Shown here: in pieces, positions 1 through 8,851 of the stretch | Position numbering within the stretch: the stretch's first letter is position 1 | How the letters are laid out: every line of letters starts with the position of its first letter | Virus record (IMG/VR): IMGVR_UViG_3300010052_000170 | Span: 5,927 to 69,926 of that record | Length of the DNA: 64,000 nt | Source: a virus | Taxonomy: Duplodnaviria; Caudoviricetes | Reading direction: 5' to 3' (one strand) | Translations under genes and position numbers: made by a program | Notes under the pieces: generated by a model | Told to the model about the DNA's origin: nothing | The model's database searches: none | Seen by the model: the letters and a program-made list of their open reading frames with translations, nothing else

Positions 1-194
1 AGGTTCGTCTCGCGATGCTCGCCGCCGTTGATCAGGGCGATCACGTGATCGGCTTGCCATGTTTCGCCCGGCTTGATCACCAGCTTGCACAGGTGGCAGA
101 CGCCGTTGTCTCGGTCATAGACGCGCTGGCGCACACGAGGCGGGATGTTCACGCCGTGGTGCTTTGCGATCCACTCGGGAACTGGGCGGCTCAT
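1..194 (-). CDS. HNH endonuclease, 3' end cut by window edge
   Basis: Hand translation from ATG at 194: MSRPVPEWIAKHHGVNIPPRVRQRVYDRDNGVCHLCKLVIKPGETWQADHVIALINGGEHRETN (CxxC plus DHVIAL..GG HNH motif). Not in the ORF track. Confidence 0.85.
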   Translation of the reverse strand, partial: MSRPVPEWIAKHHGVNIPPRVRQRVYDRDNGVCHLCKLVIKPGETWQADHVIALINGGEHRETN

Positions 195-272
195 GGCGTT
201 GCCCCGCAAATTCTCGGAACATCGTGGGCCCGCTTCCTGTTGAGCCTCAGAGCCAATTGAGGAGATACAGCG

Positions 273-527
273 ATGGCTGTTCCCAAAAAGCCATATCCCG
301 ACGAAGAGCCGCCGAGACCCGATCCAGAAAATGAGCCGCGCCCGATCGAAGAGCCAGATCCAGGCCGTTTGCCCGATGAGGTGCCGCTGCCGAACCCGGA
401 CGAGGTGAACGTGCCGCCGGCGCATGCGTCGGTGCCACCAAAGCCGCTGCCGGATCCTGTGCCGCCGACGCCACCGGGGCCTTTGCCCGATCCGGGACCT
501 GACCCGGCGCCAATTCCTACGAGGTAA
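273..527 (+). CDS. Small Pro-rich protein (moron, antisense to early-left operon)
   Basis: 84 aa, P/D/E-rich (PDPENEPRPIEEPDP), like small rhizobial Pro-rich hypothetical proteins. Confidence 0.55.
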   Translation: MAVPKKPYPDEEPPRPDPENEPRPIEEPDPGRLPDEVPLPNPDEVNVPPAHASVPPKPLPDPVPPTPPGPLPDPGPDPAPIPTR

Positions 528-540
528 GAGGCCGTCGCCA

Positions 541-960
541 TCATGCACCGCCTTTCGGCGCCGGCAGCAATGGGACGCTGATGTTGTCCCTATATGCGAG
601 CGCGAGCTGCGGTTTGATTGTCTCACCGACAGTGTGGCCGTCCGGCATTTGCACGTGCGCAGGAAACGCTTCTTCGAATGTTTCGATTTTGGAATCGACG
701 CTTTCGAATTTCGCTTTGATGCAGAGAAACAGGCCGCGCCAACGGGACCGGCATGCTTGTGCCCACTGCTTTTCCGTGCCGGCCCGTTTCGGGAGCGGCA
801 AGGTGAACCGGATGTTCCGGTCGCTCAGTCGAAAGGCTACATGGACGCGGTCCGGTTCCTCACCGGTGAAGTAGTTCGCACCGCCCTTCGACATGATCAG
901 CTTGCGGATTTCGGCCTGTGTCCGGTCTATCGCGACCTCGGTACGTTCGGCGTATGCCAT
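541..960 (-). CDS. Hypothetical phage protein
   Basis: 139 aa, start overlaps the DUF5131 stop; ends ...KGGA, typical of this operon. Confidence 0.75.
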   Translation of the reverse strand: MAYAERTEVAIDRTQAEIRKLIMSKGGANYFTGEEPDRVHVAFRLSDRNIRFTLPLPKRAGTEKQWAQACRSRWRGLFLCIKAKFESVDSKIETFEEAFPAHVQMPDGHTVGETIKPQLALAYRDNISVPLLPAPKGGA

Positions 961-1856
961 CAGCGCACCTCCGGTCGAGCATTATGCTCAATGCCATCGA
1001 GGAGCCGACCGGATCGAGCTTTGCCGATCTTCTGCATCGAGGCGCCGTCTGCGAAGCGATAGAAGCTATCGCCATGTGCGTTCGCAATTGACGGATCGCA
1101 CATCCATTCGCCGTTCTGCTTATGATGGAACGGGATGCCGGCGTTCTCGCACTGATCGCGAAGGGATCGAAACCATCGAGGATGCGTTGGGCGCGCTTTG
1201 TGGCCGCCCTGGTCGGTCTCGCCGCCGGTGATCACCCAGTCGATTTCAGGTTGGTTCCACGATGGCAGGTCGTTCCAAAGCTTGTTCGGCAGGAACTCGG
1301 CAATCTGGATTGGGCCAAGCAGCGGCTCGCATGACAGGAAGGCGAAGGCCGGCTTCAATTCGGCCTTGGCTTCGAGCAGTGCCGGCACGTTGATGTCGGC
1401 GCGCTCTTGGTCCTCGACGGTCGCTCCGATCGCTGCATTGCGAGGCCACGGCATATCGAGGGCCGCTCCGTACATCCGCACGATGTTCTGCGGCCGCTTC
1501 GTCAGGAGCAGCCAGACGAGGTGCGGCGTCGAGCGGATCAACTCGAAAAGGTCGGTGCGCCATGCGGTCGGCACTTGGTTGTCGAACACATCTGCAAGAC
1601 TGGAGCAGAAGACGAACGGGCGCGTGCCGTCAGCCTCGGCGTTCTTGTTCCACCGGATAGGCTGGTGCCAGTTTCCCTTGCTGGTGCGGACACGCGTTCC
1701 GACGCCCTTACCGGGGCCGCCCCATTCGACGCGGCCATAGCGCTTGTCCATCAGCGCTTCGGCATAACAGCCGTCACATGCCGGTGAGACCTTCGTGCAG
1801 CCAATCCACGGATTAAACGTGTGGTCGCACCACGAGATTGCGGTGACTTCGCCCAT
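960..1856 (-). CDS. DUF5131 / phage Gp37-Gp68 family (radical-SAM-like)
   Basis: MGEVTAISWCDHTFNPWIGCTKVSPACDGCYAE (CxxxxxxCxxC), FCSSLADVF, WLLLTKRPQN, FLSCEPLLG, WVITGGE; start moved to 1856. Confidence 0.9.
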   Translation of the reverse strand: MGEVTAISWCDHTFNPWIGCTKVSPACDGCYAEALMDKRYGRVEWGGPGKGVGTRVRTSKGNWHQPIRWNKNAEADGTRPFVFCSSLADVFDNQVPTAWRTDLFELIRSTPHLVWLLLTKRPQNIVRMYGAALDMPWPRNAAIGATVEDQERADINVPALLEAKAELKPAFAFLSCEPLLGPIQIAEFLPNKLWNDLPSWNQPEIDWVITGGETDQGGHKARPTHPRWFRSLRDQCENAGIPFHHKQNGEWMCDPSIANAHGDSFYRFADGASMQKIGKARSGRLLDGIEHNARPEVR

Positions 1857-3028
1857 CAGACCAAACCCTCCAGATATCGCTTGGCCGCTTCCGCGCCGAG
1901 CTCGCCCTTCACGATCTTGTCCGCCGTCTCGAAGCACGTCTTCACGAAGTCGAGCCGCTGGGGCAGGGCTTCTTTCCATGCGTTCTTGGCAAACTCGACG
2001 TTATGGCGGCGCTTGGTCGCCTCGGGCACGGTCTCATCCGTGGCCAGTGCCACGAACTTCTCCAGGCACTCGACCATGAGGTTGAGGGTAACGAGGTCGG
2101 AAGCCGACGACACGTCAGGTTCTTCCTGCGTTTCCACGTCGCCGGCTTCCGAGGCCGCTTCATCGGGGTTCTGAACTTCCGATGTTGCGGAACTGTCGGC
2201 AGCGACGGTTTGGTCGGGGGACGGGGGACCGTCGCTGCCGTTGTCGTCGGTGGTGGCGTCCGACGATTGGGAATTGTCTTCGGTTTGGCCGCTGGCAGGC
2301 TCGCCTGTGAGTGCGGCGGTCTCGCGGGTCACATGCGCTAGCGCAAAGCCTTCCGGCTGCTGCTGGTCGCCCTGTGGCTCCGTGCGCGCAGCGGCCAATC
2401 GGTCGGCGAGGGAAGGCCGTGGTGATACGTCCCGCATTTCCGCGAAGCGCAGTTCCTCCACATCGTAGATGCCGAGGATAATTTCAGGACACCACCGACG
2501 GGCGAAGGAACGCAGTGTGTAATAGGACTGCTGCTGATCGGGGTCGGACTTCCACAGTGGAGAGTTCTGTGGCTTGATGTCCCTAAGCTTCGGACTTCTG
2601 ACCTCACGGATCGAGCCGTCCTTGAACTCGCCGATAACGATGCAGACGCGATCCTGGCCTTCGCCCTCCCATTTGATATCAGGGCGCTGCTTGAGCGGAG
2701 CAAAGGCGTTGATGACGCCAGCGATAACCTGGGCCTCATAGGCAAGGTTGTCGTTCACGAAGTAGCTTTTGCGGGCAAGCGCGTACGGGCTGGTACGGAA
2801 GCGGATCGCATCGTCGATTATGCCAAGACACGCGCCCGGCTGGCCGCGAAGATGCTTCGGCACCGCCGAACCAGAGACAGCCATCATCTTGGCATACTCC
2901 ATGACTTCGCCGGCATTCTGGAATGTGATACCGCCCACACCGACCGAAATCGCCGACGACACATCACGGTTGATTTTCTCTTCGATCGCCAGCATGCGGC
3001 TATCGGACTGAGTGACGATCTGGTTCAT
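1856..3028 (-). CDS. recT: RecT-like single-strand annealing protein with acidic C-terminal extension
   Basis: AVPKHLRGQPGACL...SPYALARKSYFVN..LAYEAQ..., LWKSDPDQQ..Y..LRSFARRWCPEIILGIYDVEEL; follows a RecE-like gene. Confidence 0.85.
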   Translation of the reverse strand: MNQIVTQSDSRMLAIEEKINRDVSSAISVGVGGITFQNAGEVMEYAKMMAVSGSAVPKHLRGQPGACLGIIDDAIRFRTSPYALARKSYFVNDNLAYEAQVIAGVINAFAPLKQRPDIKWEGEGQDRVCIVIGEFKDGSIREVRSPKLRDIKPQNSPLWKSDPDQQQSYYTLRSFARRWCPEIILGIYDVEELRFAEMRDVSPRPSLADRLAAARTEPQGDQQQPEGFALAHVTRETAALTGEPASGQTEDNSQSSDATTDDNGSDGPPSPDQTVAADSSATSEVQNPDEAASEAGDVETQEEPDVSSASDLVTLNLMVECLEKFVALATDETVPEATKRRHNVEFAKNAWKEALPQRLDFVKTCFETADKIVKGELGAEAAKRYLEGLV

Positions 3029-3252
3029 TTCGTTGCCTTCCTGATGGCGGATTTGAGCGCGATGCGCAGTTCTCGAATGGTGTCGACGCCCATCGGACCG
3101 AAGCGAAAGTCCTCGCCTTTGGCGGCCATGAAGCCGTTGCTCCAGCAGAGCAGGTCCGAAATCGCGTCTTGGATTTGCTTGGCCTGGCTCTCGCTCATCT
3201 GGAGGGTGACAACGGCCTCGCCGACGTTGCGGTAATCCGGATCGATGATCAT
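3025..3252 (-). CDS. Hypothetical protein
   Basis: 75 aa from MIIDPDY; ATGA overlaps at both ends. Confidence 0.65.
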   Translation of the reverse strand: MIIDPDYRNVGEAVVTLQMSESQAKQIQDAISDLLCWSNGFMAAKGEDFRFGPMGVDTIRELRIALKSAIRKATK

Positions 3253-4274
3253 GCCGCCTCCTGCTCTAGGAAGCGGTCGATCTTCTCTTTCGCCCAAGGC
3301 TTCATCTGGATGTGGCGGGTGCCGTCGTTGAAAGGCCGCGCGCCGGGCCATTCGCCACTGTCGAGACATTCGCGGATCTTGTCGAGCGACCAGCGGACAA
3401 CCTGCTCGCCCCGGTCGATTTCGTGAACCGACACCTCGGCATGCGTGGTGTCCGGCACGTCATCCTTGAGGATGTAGAGCAGGGCGAAGGTGTCGAATGG
3501 CACGTCGAGGCTGCGGCAGACCATGCGGGTGATCGCAGCCTGCAGGTAATAGCAGGCGTCGAAAATCTGCTTCTCAAGGAATTCCTCGTCGAAGCTGGAG
3601 GCCGTTTTCAGGTCGGCAAAGACGCCATCGGCGCGCGGGATCGCGTCCGGTCGAGCCTTGAGCCAGATACCGGTCTTCGGGTCTTTCCAGAACATGGACC
3701 GTTCGATGCGGCCGTTGAGGATGCCACCCTGGATCAAGGGATGCTGTGCGGCGTCGGCGCGCATGCGCTCGATCAGTTTCAGGTCATCTCGGCTGATGAC
3801 AGTTCGGCCCTTGGCGTTCGCTTCCAGCCATCCCTTGCAAACATTCGACGAAGGGTGCCAAGGCTTAAAGTTGCCGGTCTTCTCGTCGGGATATGTATCG
3901 GGACGGACGACGAACTGCTCCTCGAAGACTTCGTCACCGAGCAGAAGGCAATGCGCGGCCTTTCCGAAGTCGAGCGCCTTTGTCGTCTCCGGCGTGATGT
4001 GATCCGGGTTCCACTTCCAGCGACCCCAGAATGCCTTCGGGCTTCCGCCATGGGCTGGCACCAGCCATTTCAGCATGCTCTTGGAGATCGAAGGACCGTC
4101 CAACAGATCGCGGTTGCCGTGATAATCTTCGAGCGAGATGCCGCTGTAGATGCCCGGCTCCGAGATCGGCTTGCCATCCCAGACGCGTTCCTTGCGGATG
4201 TTGCCTACCAGGGCATTCGCGATTGAGCCGATGGACTGAAAGGCGTCCCTGTCGATATCGACGTGGGTGTTCAT
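3249..4274 (-). CDS. RecE/exonuclease VIII-like PD-(D/E)XK nuclease (DUF3799)
   Basis: ISKSML, ALDFGKAAHCLLL, LKARPD...DLKT, YYLQAA; directly upstream of recT. Confidence 0.85.
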   Translation of the reverse strand: MNTHVDIDRDAFQSIGSIANALVGNIRKERVWDGKPISEPGIYSGISLEDYHGNRDLLDGPSISKSMLKWLVPAHGGSPKAFWGRWKWNPDHITPETTKALDFGKAAHCLLLGDEVFEEQFVVRPDTYPDEKTGNFKPWHPSSNVCKGWLEANAKGRTVISRDDLKLIERMRADAAQHPLIQGGILNGRIERSMFWKDPKTGIWLKARPDAIPRADGVFADLKTASSFDEEFLEKQIFDACYYLQAAITRMVCRSLDVPFDTFALLYILKDDVPDTTHAEVSVHEIDRGEQVVRWSLDKIRECLDSGEWPGARPFNDGTRHIQMKPWAKEKIDRFLEQEAA

Positions 4275-4465
4275 CAGATCAATTCCTTCTCCAAGGCGAG
4301 CGCTTCCGGCATCGTGACGACGACGCGATTTGGCTTGCCGGTGGCTGCGATTTCGATCTTCGAGAAGGGAAGCCAAACGTTCCGCTCGTCATCGGCGGTT
4401 ACGAGAATGGCTTTCTCGGTCATGTGGATCGTGCGGACTTCGATGTCGACGAGGTCGGATTTCAT
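4274..4465 (-). CDS. Small hypothetical phage protein
   Basis: 63 aa MKSDLVDIEV...TEKAILV...VWLPFSKIE; coupled to neighbours. Confidence 0.7.
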   Translation of the reverse strand: MKSDLVDIEVRTIHMTEKAILVTADDERNVWLPFSKIEIAATGKPNRVVVTMPEALALEKELI

Positions 4466-4641
4466 GCCCGGCGCTCCCACCAAGTTGAGACCGTGACGAG
4501 CAGAGCCAAGCCGACCATGGAAGCGTTGAGCTTGTCCGTGGCCCACAGAGCCGGCAGGACGTCCCATGCGGCGGAAGCCATGCCGAAGGTGCAGATCACC
4601 AACATGCAGTTCCAGACGTAGCGGTGTATGGTGAGTGTCAC
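4462..4641 (-). CDS. Small membrane protein (59 aa, not in ORF track)
   Basis: GTG start overlapping the upstream stop: MTLTIHRYVWNCMLVICTFGMASAAWDVLPALWATDKLNASMVGLALLVTVSTWWERRA; two hydrophobic stretches; ATGA overlap downstream. Confidence 0.6.
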   Translation of the reverse strand: MTLTIHRYVWNCMLVICTFGMASAAWDVLPALWATDKLNASMVGLALLVTVSTWWERRA

Positions 4642-4907
4642 GACGCACCGCCTTTCGCCCGTTCAACCATCGCGTCGGCGAGGTTGTGGCACCAGTTAGC
4701 GACATGCGACGGATCGCAGTTGACGATGTCCCAACCGTTCAAAGCGTTGGCCTGGAACGGGCCACCCGAATTTGCGCAAAGACCTGCTAGAGCCTGCCCC
4801 GCGAACCAGTCGCGCAGCGTCATGCCATCCGTTGACCAGTTCTCCGCGCGCTCGTGGCTATACAGGACGCTAGGAAACGCCGGCCCGCCATCGTTGATTT
4901 TGCTCAT
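4638..4907 (-). CDS. Hypothetical phage protein (GGPAFP...GMTLRDWFAGQAL family)
   Basis: Motif common in phage early genes; ATGA coupling. Confidence 0.75.
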   Translation of the reverse strand: MSKINDGGPAFPSVLYSHERAENWSTDGMTLRDWFAGQALAGLCANSGGPFQANALNGWDIVNCDPSHVANWCHNLADAMVERAKGGAS

Positions 4908-5107
4908 GATGCCCTCCGATAGATTTCGTCGTAGAGCGCCAGCCATTTGCGGCGCGCCTGGTTGATGTCGTCACGTGGCGGCCCGTAGCCGGAGAGTTTG
5001 TCGGCTTCGGCTTGGTCGATCAGGGAACGGAGACCGTCGAGTGCTGGGTCGCCGCCGAGGGCGAGGCAGTCGTCGACTTTTTCGGAAAACCAGCGGAAGT
5101 GGCTCAT
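4904..5107 (-). CDS. Hypothetical protein
   Basis: MSHFRWFSEK...; ATGA coupling. Confidence 0.6.
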   Translation of the reverse strand: MSHFRWFSEKVDDCLALGGDPALDGLRSLIDQAEADKLSGYGPPRDDINQARRKWLALYDEIYRRAS

Positions 5108-5379
5108 GGGAGCCTCGTGTCGAGTTGTCCGGCAAGCAGGATCAGCGCGCAAAGCAGGGCGCATGCGATCCGTGGATGCAGGGCGAGAAGGTTGCAGATG
5201 GAGGAAAGCGCTTCGTCAGCGCGTGACAGGAATTGGGTGACCGGGCTGCTCGCATGGGGCAGCTCAACCCGGCCATTCCCTCCGAACCGCAAAATGCCGC
5301 ATGAGGTTCGGGAATGCTGCTCCCGGTAACGTACGCCTGTTGAGGCGGCGCGGCCAGTTAATTCGAAGATGCGCATCAC
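5104..5379 (-). CDS. Hypothetical protein with C-terminal hydrophobic helix
   Basis: ATGA overlaps at both ends. Confidence 0.5.
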   Translation of the reverse strand: MMRIFELTGRAASTGVRYREQHSRTSCGILRFGGNGRVELPHASSPVTQFLSRADEALSSICNLLALHPRIACALLCALILLAGQLDTRLP

Positions 5380-5591
5380 GCAGCCCTCGGCGTGCGGCGC
5401 TCGGCCATTTCGGCGAGTGCTTTGGTCAGGGCTTCGTCGAATGTGTCGCCGCTACCGCTGGCGCAGCCGCCTTCACCGGTATTCCAGTGCAGGTAGACGG
5501 TCACATACGGATCGGTATCTGCGCGGAAGATGTTGGCACCGATCCCGGAGAGGGAGTGCGTTGCGCAGCAATGCTTGAGGATGGTTTCCAT
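5376..5591 (-). CDS. Hypothetical protein
   Basis: METILKHCC...; part of the coupled chain. Confidence 0.55.
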   Translation of the reverse strand: METILKHCCATHSLSGIGANIFRADTDPYVTVYLHWNTGEGGCASGSGDTFDEALTKALAEMAERRTPRAA

Positions 5592-5785
5592 CACACGTCC
5601 TTTCCGAGCAGCGCATCGCACCGGGCCAAAGCCTGCTGGTACACAGCGGTGGCCTTGTTGATGCTGGTTTCGGTCGGCTTGAGATTGGCGGCTACGTCAT
5701 CGCGCCAGATGCTGATCCAGGCGCCGAGTTCGGTGACGCTTTCGCTGATCGAACGGACCTGGGCTTGGTGAGCGGAGTGTTCCAT
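5591..5785 (-). CDS. Hypothetical protein
   Basis: 64 aa; 1-nt overlaps with neighbours. Confidence 0.55.
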   Translation of the reverse strand: MEHSAHQAQVRSISESVTELGAWISIWRDDVAANLKPTETSINKATAVYQQALARCDALLGKDV

Positions 5786-6048
5786 CAGGAGCGCCCCTCT
5801 ACCTTGGCGATGGCGTCACGAGCCGCATCAAGGGCAACTTGCTCGCCCCACGTCAGCCTGCGATTGCGGATTTGTGCGATTTCAAGCGCACATTCCTTGA
5901 GGGCGGAAAGCAGGTCCGGTGCTGCGGCGAAGAGCGCCGCGTACGCCTCAGGGTTGTCCATGTGCCGGCTGACAGTTGCGATGTGGTAGCTGCCAGATGC
6001 GCCAAGAACAGACGGTCCGATGACCTTGAGGGCTACGAACTGCATCAC
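5785..6048 (-). CDS. Hypothetical phage protein
   Basis: A.LFAAAPDLLSALK motif common in phage early genes. Confidence 0.65.
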   Translation of the reverse strand: MMQFVALKVIGPSVLGASGSYHIATVSRHMDNPEAYAALFAAAPDLLSALKECALEIAQIRNRRLTWGEQVALDAARDAIAKVEGRS

Positions 6049-6308
6049 GCTGCCTCCCGCTCAAGCACCCGCTCACGAAGCGGATTGCCCAAGGTGTTCA
6101 GCTTGGTCTCGGCATCGTTCGCGATTTCGCCTGCGATAGAGCGAGCCCATGGCGTGCCCTGCGAAAGGCTGCGACCGTCGACGTAAACGGCGTCGATCGT
6201 GATCAAGCCGTCGCGCTCTACTGAAACCTCGAGCTCGCACTCGAAGTCGGCGATCAGGTCGATATCCAGAAGCTCGTCGCGGATGGTGGTGCAGAAGGGA
6301 AGGCGCAT
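6045..6308 (-). CDS. Hypothetical protein
   Basis: 87 aa ending ...EREAA; coupled. Confidence 0.6.
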   Translation of the reverse strand: MRLPFCTTIRDELLDIDLIADFECELEVSVERDGLITIDAVYVDGRSLSQGTPWARSIAGEIANDAETKLNTLGNPLRERVLEREAA

Positions 6309-6311
6309 GGC

Positions 6312-6689
6312 TCAGGCCTCCGCCTTGGCGACGGGGCGCGGTTTGCGGCGCCACGCATAACGACGCTCCGGATCGTGCGAGACCCATTCGCGAGCAAAGC
6401 GTTCCGCATCTTCCAAAGTCCCGTCGAGTTGACCGGAGCGCGAACCGGCCAGCAATCCGAAGTTCTGCAGGCCGCTGTCGTAGCGAACCGATGCCCCGTA
6501 ATTGCTGGCGACAATCTCGACGCCGACGATCCCGCGGCGGGCTTGTCTCCGCTGCAACTCACAGACCTGCTCGCTGTCGCGGTAGCCGTTGCGGTCTTGG
6601 ACAACTGCATCTGTTTCGGCCTCCATCGCCGCCAGCAGGTCGAAGCCGGCGACAACGGTGAACAACTCAGGGCGGGAGACGATCTTCAT
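6312..6689 (-). CDS. Hypothetical protein, first gene of early-left operon
   Basis: 125 aa directly downstream of the PL-like operator region. Confidence 0.6.
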   Translation of the reverse strand: MKIVSRPELFTVVAGFDLLAAMEAETDAVVQDRNGYRDSEQVCELQRRQARRGIVGVEIVASNYGASVRYDSGLQNFGLLAGSRSGQLDGTLEDAERFAREWVSHDPERRYAWRRKPRPVAKAEA

Positions 6690-6754
6690 GGCTGTTGCGT
6701 CCTCATCGTTTCCGGCAGATCGGCGAAGGCGCTGAGTGCCGGGGTGATGAGAGG

Positions 6755-6806
6755 ATCATGCATTAGATGCATAAAAGATTGCAAGAGAAAAATGCATATG
6801 ATGCAT
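6755..6806 (-). promoter_or_regulatory. PL-like promoter with two operators
   Basis: ATGCAT-tag-ATGCAT at 6758-6772 and ATGCAT-atg-ATGCAT at 6792-6806; minus strand has TTGCAA-N18-CATGAT. Confidence 0.7.
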
Positions 6807-6837
6807 AAAATTCTTGCGAAGCGATTTTGAACCGCCT

Positions 6838-6874
6838 AAAAGAAAAGCGCCGGCGGGATGATCCGACCGGCGCT
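6838..6874 (-). terminator. Rho-independent terminator (leftward)
   Basis: agcgccgg...ccggcgct stem; A-run at 6838-6846 is a U-tract on the minus strand. Confidence 0.55.
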
Positions 6875-7320
6875 CGCAGTGACGAAAATGATGCACTCTG
6901 CTATCAAAACCAGTTTAAAAATGCAAGCAGATACTGCCGCTGCGAGGCGCGAAATCCGCAATATCTCGTGTCTGCTCGGAGGTTCCCGGCGAGATATTGG
7001 GGCAGGGAGCGCTTCTGCGGCGGTCTTTTCGGGCGATTGCCCCGCCGCTCCGATCGTCCGGAGCATGAATCACCCTCAGGTTGCCTGTTCCCTCACGAAC
7101 TGGCCGGTCGGGACGGGTAGGCGCCGTCCGAATGCTTTGGATGCGAGCTGAGGTGTAAACTGCGCAGAATACCCTGAAGGTTCAGGACGGATTGGCCCAC
7201 CGGCGAGACGGGCAGCGCAGGATATCCCGACTTCATAGCATCCCGGCCCGCGTCATATGCGGCTACCGAAGCGGCGTGCCCTTCAGGGAGTACGTCTTGA
7301 TAGGGCGAAGTTTGTCCAGA

Positions 7321-7833
7321 TTATTCGACGATCAACTTCAAGAGATAGTCGCCATGAAGGATCATTGCTGCTCCGAAGAGGATGCACAGTGCTGAAGCCA
7401 CTCCCGCCACAATCGATCCAATATACGTTACATCTAGGCTCCGAACGTAAATGGGCTTTCCGACCCATCTGTCTGGATCCCAGAGCATGTCAGCTCGTGC
7501 TTCAGCTTGGGCATTGGCGAAATGCATCCCCCAATTGATCCACGCTAAAAACCCGCATACGAGCGCAAGAAACAGGCCAGCCACGAAGCACCAAATCGGA
7601 AACTTGTAAGCACCAAGCGCTGCAGGGTTGCTAGCTAGTGTATCGAGAAACGAAAACAATCCGAAAAGTGCTCCGGAGTGGATAAGTACCAGGGAGGAGA
7701 TAAGCCATTTCCCATACTCAGCAAAAACGCTGAAGGATGTTCGTTGGAACTCCTTTAGGTCGTTATAGACGATCGCCGCAGCCTCGGGCCTTGATAGCAT
7801 CGTCTGTTTTTTGGGCTCAGAATCTTCGGTCAT
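7321..7833 (-). CDS. Multi-pass membrane protein downstream of cI
   Basis: Three hydrophobic segments (WLISSLVLIHSGALFGLFSFL; FPIWCFVAGLFLALVCGFLAW; IGSIVAGVASALCILFGAAMIL); AT-richer than its flanks. Confidence 0.75.
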   Translation of the reverse strand: MTEDSEPKKQTMLSRPEAAAIVYNDLKEFQRTSFSVFAEYGKWLISSLVLIHSGALFGLFSFLDTLASNPAALGAYKFPIWCFVAGLFLALVCGFLAWINWGMHFANAQAEARADMLWDPDRWVGKPIYVRSLDVTYIGSIVAGVASALCILFGAAMILHGDYLLKLIVE

Positions 7834-7975
7834 TGGCTTGTCCCCCACTCTAACAATTACGCCCCTGCCATTGCCGCCACAAGCCGACGGTATGTTCTTG
7901 ATCTGTTCTTGACAGTCGGCCAAGGAATTGCTTCCTAATAGGGCCTTCCAAGAAGACCTTCAGGCGAGGGGTGGG

Positions 7976-8215
7976 ATGGCAATTGAAAATGAAACCGGGC
8001 GTGGTTTTGCACCGCGCAACGCGGCAACCATCGCGGAACTTAGGCGAATTGCCGGCGCCACCGCGCCGCTAGATCCAGTTATTGTCGTGAAACGCAAGGC
8101 AGCGGAGATCTCTACCGCGATGGCGCTTCTACACGGCGGTGATTGGCGGGTTGAGATTGATCACCAGACTGGTTTTGTTCTGGTTGCGCCTCGGATACCA
8201 CCACAAAAGTTTTGA
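7976..8215 (+). CDS. Small hypothetical protein (HG..RV.IDH family)
   Basis: Resembles 42375-42593; overlaps the cI 3' end convergently. Confidence 0.55.
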   Translation: MAIENETGRGFAPRNAATIAELRRIAGATAPLDPVIVVKRKAAEISTAMALLHGGDWRVEIDHQTGFVLVAPRIPPQKF

Positions 8216-8534
8216 TGATGTCGGTTAGCCTCTGCAGCTGCGATTGGTCGACCCCGTACGAGAGCAGGGCTGAGCGCAATTGAGCTTCGGGGCTACGTGT
8301 CTCCTGGCCTGGCGGCCGTGTGATCAGGTCGGCCGGTGTGCATCCGAAGGCTTCTGCCGCGACCTCCAGATCGTCCTGATTGTAAGGCGTGTCGCCGTTC
8401 TCGAGGCGGCTGATCTTGGACTGCGACCAACCGAGAGCTTCCACTGCGTCCTGTTGATTGGGGAACACCTTCTCGCGCCACGCACGGAAGAAATGCCGCC
8501 CTCTTTCCCTAGTTGGTTTTGGTCTTGGTGCCAT
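8112..8534 (-). CDS. cI: XRE-family HTH repressor (cI-like, no S24 peptidase domain)
   Basis: FFRAWRE...QQDAVEALGWSQSKISRLENG..PY...LEVAAEAFGCTPADLI; divergent from cro. Confidence 0.85.
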   Translation of the reverse strand: MAPRPKPTRERGRHFFRAWREKVFPNQQDAVEALGWSQSKISRLENGDTPYNQDDLEVAAEAFGCTPADLITRPPGQETRSPEAQLRSALLSYGVDQSQLQRLTDIIKTFVVVSEAQPEQNQSGDQSQPANHRRVEAPSR

Positions 8535-8579
8535 GGCGCTAAGGGTACAGTGGCCGGATGCAGTACTGAATGTCATGGC

Positions 8580-8629
8580 ATGCATAATCATGCTTGACAT
8601 GCATATGCATGGTATGCATTAGATGCGGC
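8580..8629 (+). promoter_or_regulatory. PR/PRM region with operators
   Basis: TTGACA at 8594-8599; ATGCAT-ggt-ATGCAT at 8605-8619; ATGCAT-tag-ATGCGG at 8614-8628. Confidence 0.7.
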
Positions 8630-8851
8630 ATGAAGCTTGCCGAATACCTGTCCCAAGAAAAGCTCACCGACGAGGCCTTCGGTGCCTTGGTCGGTATGTC
8701 GCAATCCCAGATCAGCCGCATCAAGCGCGGCGTGTCACGACCTTCTTGGGAGAACCTGGCATCGATCGAGCGCGTCACTGGCAGCTTGGTCACGGCGACT
8801 GATTTCATTCCTTCCATGCCTGACGCTCCAGCACCGGAGCAGGCCGCATGA
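8630..8851 (+). CDS. cro: Cro-like HTH regulator
   Basis: MKLAEYL...EAFGALVGMSQSQISRIKRG..RPS....IERVT.S.VT..DF. Confidence 0.85.
   Translation: MKLAEYLSQEKLTDEAFGALVGMSQSQISRIKRGVSRPSWENLASIERVTGSLVTATDFIPSMPDAPAPEQAA

Noticed and set aside
6836-7300. Small ORFs between PL and the membrane gene (6836-7066, 6858-7151, 6827-7120)
   Set aside because: Overlapping alternatives with no motif, RBS or coupling to favour any of them
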